The notes under the pieces: generated by a model
Told to the model about the DNA's origin: nothing
The model's input: only the letters and a program-made list of their open reading frames with translations
The model's database searches: none
From: an uncultured Gammaproteobacteria bacterium
GTDB lineage: Bacteria; Patescibacteriota; Patescibacteriia; JAHIZJ01
Direction of reading: 5' to 3'
Length of the DNA: 51,853 nucleotides
NCBI GenBank assembly: GCA_964594455.1
Contig: CAZQLY010000010.1
Span: forward strand, 1-51,853
Shown here: piece by piece, positions 46,537 to 51,853 of the stretch
How positions within the stretch are numbered: position 1 is the first letter of the stretch
Layout: every line of letters starts with the position of its first letter
Made by a program: the position numbers and the translations under genes

Positions 46537-48761
46537 TTTGTAATCGGCAAGCTTAAATAAAACTTCGATCCTTTCCCCTCTTCGCTTTCCACCCACGCTT
46601 TGCCGCGATGCCCCTCTATGATTTCTCTGACGATGAACAGCCCCAGCCCGCTCCCGTCCGTGTACATGGCCGTGGCGTTTGACGCGCGGGAGAATTTCTG
46701 AAACAGTTTTTTTACCTCGTCTTTCGGAATGCCGATACCGTCATCCGAGACGCTGACAACAAGATCGTTTTTAACTTTTCGTATATCAACTTTCACCCGG
46801 CCCTTCGTCTTCCTCTTAGCTCTGGCTTCTTTGACCATTTCCGTGGACGGAGTGTATTTCAGCGCGTTCGAGATGAAGTTAGAAACCGCCTGTTCCAGGA
46901 ATTCAGCGTTGCCGACTATCTGCGGAAGGGATGCGGCTGGTTTCTGCCACACCAAATCGATCTTCCTTTGCTCCGCTTCCAGCTTGAACCCCTTAACCGC
47001 TCTGTCCACTACTTCCTCAAGCTGGATTTTGGGTGTTTTGGCATCAATGTCGAATTTACGGCTGTCCAGCTCGGAGGCGGCCAGGATGTCATTGATAATT
47101 TGATCGAGTTTCGCTCCTTTCTGGCTGGCTGATTCGATGAATTCGGCCTGTTTTTCCTTGGGCAATTTGGCCATATCCCCGTCCTGGAACATGGAGATGA
47201 TCCCCCGAATTACTGAAACCGGAGTGCGGAGCTGGTGGGAGGCGATATCAAGGAATTCCGACTGAGCCTTGAGGAGCTTTTCTAGCTGGACGTTTTTGGC
47301 TTTGATGTTGTGGGTTTGGGCGCTGACTTTCTGTTGGAGGGTGCGGTTAAATTGCCTAATCTCATCGTACAGCCGCGCGTTTTCCACGGCAATTGATGCC
47401 TGGTTAGTCACGGCTTCAAGTAGACGCATGTCTTCCTTTGTGTAGGCGTCCCGGCTGACTTTTTGTCCCAGCACGATTATGCCAATCAGCTTGTCCTTAA
47501 CTAGCAGGGGCAGGCAGATATGCGCTTCTATGCGACGCATATTAGTTTGCAGTTTGGCGATTTCCGCTTTTTCGCCGTTGCCGTTATTCTGCAGGCTCTC
47601 CAGCTCCTGATAAAGAACTGGCATCCTGTTTTTTATCAGATAACCGGTTAAAAAATTGTTTCTTACCAGGGAAATGCCGTTTGATTCAGTAAAACCCTCA
47701 GTGCGGTATATTTTGAAATTGGAAGATGGGTTGTCATAAAGCAGGACTCCTGATCTGTCCAAACGCATGGTGTTTTTTATGGTTTTGATGATGGAATCTA
47801 TAATATCGGACAGGTCAATCGTGAATGTCAGTTTTTTGCCCAGCTCTTCGAGAGTATTCTGATAAGTATACAGGCTGGCGAAAAAGTATTTATTGGCAAT
47901 TCTTTCAAAGCTTCTTTTTATAGGATCAAATAATATTATGCCCGCAAGGAGTACGATCGGACCCCATGTCCCAGGGGGTATTATTTCTTTAAAATAAGCA
48001 ATTTCCAGCCGGTAAAGACCAAGGGCAATAAGCAAAACCGCTACAATGCTGCTGACATATACCGAGGTTCGTTTAACGATGAGGCGGATGTCCATCAAGC
48101 GATGCTTAACAATCGCATATCCTACAGTACCAATAAAAATTAATGGCGCTATATTCGTCAATGTAATAAGGCTGGAATTTTTAAAGATCAGCGTCATCAC
48201 CACATTGAAAAACAAAATGAAAGTAAAACTAATTGCAAGCCCAGCTAAAATATATCGTAGCTGTGCTTTTTGTACGCCAGTTGTTTGTCGAATTTTTTTA
48301 ACCAACAAAATAATCGAGCTCACTAAGTAATAAAGAAATATAGCAAAGAAATAGAAAATGCCTGGCCCTTGGCTAGGGACGATATTCCCGTCAACAATCT
48401 CAACATTAGTAAACATCCAAGGACTAATTGCCAACAACATACTGAACAGCGTCAATGCCACAATAAGCGCTACTTCTTTATGGGAAACTACTAGCTTGCG
48501 TTCCGGAAAATTCTTAATAAACAAGTAAAATGAAGGTGTTAGTATAGATGCAAAAAACATGGTCATGCGGATCCATAACAGTACTTGGTTTGCCTCAGTA
48601 AAATATGAGGTTAAATAATTTGATCCAATAGCACCGGCGAACCCCAATGAGAATATAAATAAACTAATGTGAATAACAGATTTTCTGTTGTTCAATAACA
48701 CTATGGCCGCTAAGGCAATGGTGCTGACAACAGATAGAATTGTAAAAATTAATCCCGCCAT
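46533..48761 (-). CDS. Sensor histidine kinase: multi-TM (7TM-type) N-terminus, GAF, HisKA, HATPase
   Basis: Multiple TM helices; GAF (LPLLVKDKLIGIIVLG...AVENARLY); H-box ASHQLRTP; NALKY, DDGIGI and GSGLGL motifs. Confidence 0.95.
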   Translation of the reverse strand: MAGLIFTILSVVSTIALAAIVLLNNRKSVIHISLFIFSLGFAGAIGSNYLTSYFTEANQVLLWIRMTMFFASILTPSFYLFIKNFPERKLVVSHKEVALIVALTLFSMLLAISPWMFTNVEIVDGNIVPSQGPGIFYFFAIFLYYLVSSIILLVKKIRQTTGVQKAQLRYILAGLAISFTFILFFNVVMTLIFKNSSLITLTNIAPLIFIGTVGYAIVKHRLMDIRLIVKRTSVYVSSIVAVLLIALGLYRLEIAYFKEIIPPGTWGPIVLLAGIILFDPIKRSFERIANKYFFASLYTYQNTLEELGKKLTFTIDLSDIIDSIIKTIKNTMRLDRSGVLLYDNPSSNFKIYRTEGFTESNGISLVRNNFLTGYLIKNRMPVLYQELESLQNNGNGEKAEIAKLQTNMRRIEAHICLPLLVKDKLIGIIVLGQKVSRDAYTKEDMRLLEAVTNQASIAVENARLYDEIRQFNRTLQQKVSAQTHNIKAKNVQLEKLLKAQSEFLDIASHQLRTPVSVIRGIISMFQDGDMAKLPKEKQAEFIESASQKGAKLDQIINDILAASELDSRKFDIDAKTPKIQLEEVVDRAVKGFKLEAEQRKIDLVWQKPAASLPQIVGNAEFLEQAVSNFISNALKYTPSTEMVKEARAKRKTKGRVKVDIRKVKNDLVVSVSDDGIGIPKDEVKKLFQKFSRASNATAMYTDGSGLGLFIVREIIEGHRGKAWVESEEGKGSKFYLSLPITK
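46882..47042. repeat. Direct repeat copy 1 (161 bp, inside the kinase)
   Basis: 158/161 identical to 51591-51751. Confidence 0.95.
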
Positions 48762-48766
48762 AACGC

Positions 48767-49864
48767 TTATAGTAGTTTTTCAAATTGAATATAAAGACGT
48801 TCCGATGATAATTCTTTACCCAGCGCGATTCGTTTTATGGTGTAGGCCATAATCGCCCCGCCAAGGAAAGAAGCAAGAGCCAGCTGGGGATGACCCGCTA
48901 ACTCTTTACCCACCAGTTTAAGAGACTCAATCATGCGTGGCGGCACATTTTCCGGACCTATTATCTTCATGGCAATTTGGGCTATATCTTCATACTTCAT
49001 CTCAGGAGGTAAATTTTCTATTATTTTTCCATCAACCCGACCATTAAAAATGGGAGTTGTTTTGTCGATATCATATCGCTCAATATCAATAATCGCTCCA
49101 TCACCAAGGTCGGTTGCCATGATAACTGGGATGCCACATTCACGTGCTTTGAGACGTAATTTAATTTTCATCTTGATATCATCAAATGCATCAATAATAG
49201 CATCAACTGCAAAAGGTTGTTTTAAAAACGATTCAAGGTTGTCATCAGCTAATGGTTTGGTGTAGAGATCGAGTTGTGCAAAGGGGTTTAGATCATAAAT
49301 TTTCTGGGCAGCATAGGTGGTTTTATACATGCCAACAGCATCAAGTGACGCGTGGATACGGTTCATATTGCTTGCTTCAATGATATCGGGGTCCATGAGC
49401 TTCATCTGATCACACATACCACTAATAGCCAGCGTTAACGCGGATGCCTGGCCAACACTTAATCCAATAATACCAACTTTAAAATGACGTAGTTTTTCTT
49501 GCTCTTCCTTGGTAACGAGATTATGATTTCGTGCGGTGCGAATTGTATAATATTCTTCTTCTGTCAGGCTATGAACAAGGCTATTTTTCCAAGGATAATA
49601 CACCCAAACTCCTTCACGGGTTAGGTCTTCTGATCTATCTTTGCGCTTTTCAATATATTCCTTGACTGCTTGCCTACGCTGTGTGGGATTCTCTTTGAAC
49701 TCAGGGTGCTCTATTACATATAATTCTTCAAGTAGTGATGCAAACGCGTCAATAATGTGCGGATCGCGCTCCTTTTTTAATGTCTCCAGTGATGCAGCAT
49801 CTTCCGCGCGGCTCGTTATAAATAGTCTCGGTGTCACCTCCTCAAATTTTGCGCGGTTAGTCAT
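48767..49864 (-). CDS. ThiF/E1-like adenylyltransferase, Rv1355c/MoeY-type
   Basis: WVYYPW..SLVH, RN.NL.T.EEQ, IIGLSVG, DPD..EASNMNR, IPVIMATD and DIERYD motifs. Confidence 0.88.
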   Translation of the reverse strand: MTNRAKFEEVTPRLFITSRAEDAASLETLKKERDPHIIDAFASLLEELYVIEHPEFKENPTQRRQAVKEYIEKRKDRSEDLTREGVWVYYPWKNSLVHSLTEEEYYTIRTARNHNLVTKEEQEKLRHFKVGIIGLSVGQASALTLAISGMCDQMKLMDPDIIEASNMNRIHASLDAVGMYKTTYAAQKIYDLNPFAQLDLYTKPLADDNLESFLKQPFAVDAIIDAFDDIKMKIKLRLKARECGIPVIMATDLGDGAIIDIERYDIDKTTPIFNGRVDGKIIENLPPEMKYEDIAQIAMKIIGPENVPPRMIESLKLVGKELAGHPQLALASFLGGAIMAYTIKRIALGKELSSERLYIQFEKLL

Positions 49865-49875
49865 TAGTTTGTCGT

Positions 49876-51402
49876 TTATTTTATTTTCGGATTAAGTACA
49901 TACTTCTGTTTATCCGATGAAAAGTAATCCCGATCCTGAAATGGCCTTAGGATTACTTTTACGAGATCTTCACGTGTGACTGTCTCGGTTAGCTTATTAA
50001 ATTCACTATTTACATTTTTTATGTTTTTTACAATCAGCTCTTGAACCTGCCTCAATAATTCGTCACTTTCTTGTTTCCCACGAGAGAGTTCAACATAGAT
50101 TTCAAGCTGCTGATCTGTTTTTTTATTTTCAGCTGTTTTCATGGCAAACCGACTGGTCACTTGTCCTTTTAATTTTTCATCAAGTAAAACTGGTTTTATA
50201 TTTTCCGGATAGACATTAACCGCATAAATAGTGGCCATTACATTGCTACGACCAAATAAATAGGCAAACGGAAATGTCCAGATAGATGGGTTACCCAGCT
50301 CCTTGGTAATGACCTCATTAGCTATGCCCTGCTTATTTAGCACTTCCATCACTTGATCAAAAGTCATAACACCACCAACGTCTTTCGTGTTATAGCGTAC
50401 CAGTGGTAGTCCCCCAAGATTAGTTAATACGAGCTCATCATCAACCGCTTCGATAAATCGGCCGACCGGATTAAACTGCACGACCGAGGGGATGTGGTCA
50501 GAGTTGAATAAGGATTTGTTAAGCTCAATATTATCAAATATCTGTTTTCGAATATACGAACTGAGCGGCGTTTCCATACCCACAATTCCTCCTTCTGAAG
50601 AACCTAGAACCGACGTAATATCTTTATATCGGTTTGTCATCTTTCCATTAGTATACACATAATCGCGCCAGTGCTCGGTAAATATTTCACCACCGACAAG
50701 TGCTTTTAATTTAAGTGCCTCTAGGTCAATTCCCTCATTGTTGGCCGAATCAATAATGTCTTTTACAAACGCGGGATAACCAACAATAAAGGTTTGATCA
50801 TAGAGATGTGCCACCGTTTTCAGGATTTTCAGTATTTCTTCCAAGTGGATCCCTGGTGCCATCACTGTCATGGGGTGTCCTTTTTGAGCCATGAGTTTCC
50901 CGGAGCCATACATCATCTCGCCAGCAGTCCACACACCCATACCGAGAGAAATGAGGAGTAATGTTGATTTTAATTGAATCGAAAAATTATTTACATATAA
51001 GATTTCAAGGGCCTTTGCAATATTCAAATCTTGCTCAAGCAGTCGTGGCCAATAAAATGGATTGCCGGTTGATCCAGAGCTTGAGGAAATAACATTTGAT
51101 TTTGACAGATCTCCATTGAGGCACAGGTCATGTAAAGAATATTTCATTAAATAGCCTTCTTTATCTGTAGTAGGTACCTGCACAAAATCCTCAAAGGTTT
51201 TAATCTTCGAGTGTTCTATTTTATGTTTTTTCAAAAAATCTTGATATGCAGGAACGGTCTCTGCAACTATATGAAAAGTCTTAATCGCATTCTCCTGCCC
51301 CTTACCCATCCACATACCTCCAGGAGCTTTTGAGAGAGCGATATTATCCTGTTCCGCGTTCGCATTGAAAAACTCTTGAAATTGTTCATTGGGAGTAGGC
51401 AT
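49876..51402 (-). CDS. Phenylacetate--CoA ligase-like (PaaK/F390) adenylate-forming enzyme
   Basis: SSSSGSTGNPFYW, GYP, GGE, GSSEGG, PLVRYNTKD, GRS and NVYPE motifs. Confidence 0.9.
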   Translation of the reverse strand: MPTPNEQFQEFFNANAEQDNIALSKAPGGMWMGKGQENAIKTFHIVAETVPAYQDFLKKHKIEHSKIKTFEDFVQVPTTDKEGYLMKYSLHDLCLNGDLSKSNVISSSSGSTGNPFYWPRLLEQDLNIAKALEILYVNNFSIQLKSTLLLISLGMGVWTAGEMMYGSGKLMAQKGHPMTVMAPGIHLEEILKILKTVAHLYDQTFIVGYPAFVKDIIDSANNEGIDLEALKLKALVGGEIFTEHWRDYVYTNGKMTNRYKDITSVLGSSEGGIVGMETPLSSYIRKQIFDNIELNKSLFNSDHIPSVVQFNPVGRFIEAVDDELVLTNLGGLPLVRYNTKDVGGVMTFDQVMEVLNKQGIANEVITKELGNPSIWTFPFAYLFGRSNVMATIYAVNVYPENIKPVLLDEKLKGQVTSRFAMKTAENKKTDQQLEIYVELSRGKQESDELLRQVQELIVKNIKNVNSEFNKLTETVTREDLVKVILRPFQDRDYFSSDKQKYVLNPKIK

Positions 51403-51590
51403 GCTTGTATTTTTTGGCTAATTATATATATATCAAACAATTAAACAATACCATAAATAGGGGATGTTTTAAAGCAAAACCCATTAAAATACGCCAAGAA
51501 ACACTAAAGAGTATTGGAGTGAAAATTGTAATTATTTAATTTATTGTACTGTGAAACGTTCCTGTCAACCGCACATATTGCTACAAGCAG

Positions 51591-51751
51591 GAAACCGCCT
51601 GTTCCAGGAATTCGGCATTGCCGACTATTTGCGGAAGGGATGCGGCTGGTTTCTGCCACACCAAATCGATCTTCCTTTGCTCCGCTTCCAGCTTGAACCC
51701 CTTAACCGCTCTGTCCACTACTTCCTCAAGCTGGATTTTGGGTGTTTTGGC
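51591..51751. repeat. Direct repeat copy 2: intergenic copy of a kinase segment
   Basis: 158/161 identical to 46882-47042; no ATG start in the kinase frame. Confidence 0.95.
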
Positions 51752-51853
51752 GCCTTGAAAAATATACTCGCTTTAATCTTCGTGGGTTTATCCAACGTTT
51801 TAAACCTTTTAGTTAAAAGGTTTATTGCTAACAATCTAAACAACCACTACCCT

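Noticed and set aside
46882-51751. Diversity-generating retroelement TR/VR pair
   Set aside because: Mismatches are not adenine-specific on either strand and are all synonymous; the repeat is not at a C-terminal variable domain; no reverse transcriptase in the window

Overview
Chromosomal window from a small-genome bacterium, most likely Patescibacteria/CPR. This is inferred from the secG-orphan SBP-tRNA-rnj arrangement, tandem PGM/PMM genes, elp3, CPR-type short palindromes and AT-rich genes without Shine-Dalgarno (SD) sites. Housekeeping genes (uvrC, secG, tRNA-Leu, rnj, trpS, murI, eno) are mixed with accessory genes. Main observations: (1) about a dozen GC-rich transcription units are interspersed, each usually with its own sigma70 promoter, a boxA-like leader motif, a strong SD and a terminator, while the AT-rich genes mostly lack SD; (2) a candidate signal-synthesis and sensing operon (PaaK-like ligase, Rv1355c-type ThiF, 7TM-GAF histidine kinase, three stand-alone receivers, an XRE/TrpR-like switch with twin operators), preceded by a 161-bp copy of an internal kinase segment; (3) Elp3 and a Trm9/ALKBH8-like methyltransferase joined head-to-head at CAT|ATG, suggesting a bacterial mcm5U34 pathway; (4) an intact tRNA-Leu nested inside a split, palindrome-interrupted tRNA-Leu; (5) a CarH-like B12 photoreceptor coupled to a pyrimidine-dimer glycosylase; (6) a nucleotide salvage and house-cleaning cluster; (7) an ArcE-like arginine synthetase, a divergent enolase and a frameshifted RAYT with internal hairpins. 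No CRISPR array, rRNA, reverse transcriptase or prophage genes were seen. All calls come from motif recognition by eye, without database searches.
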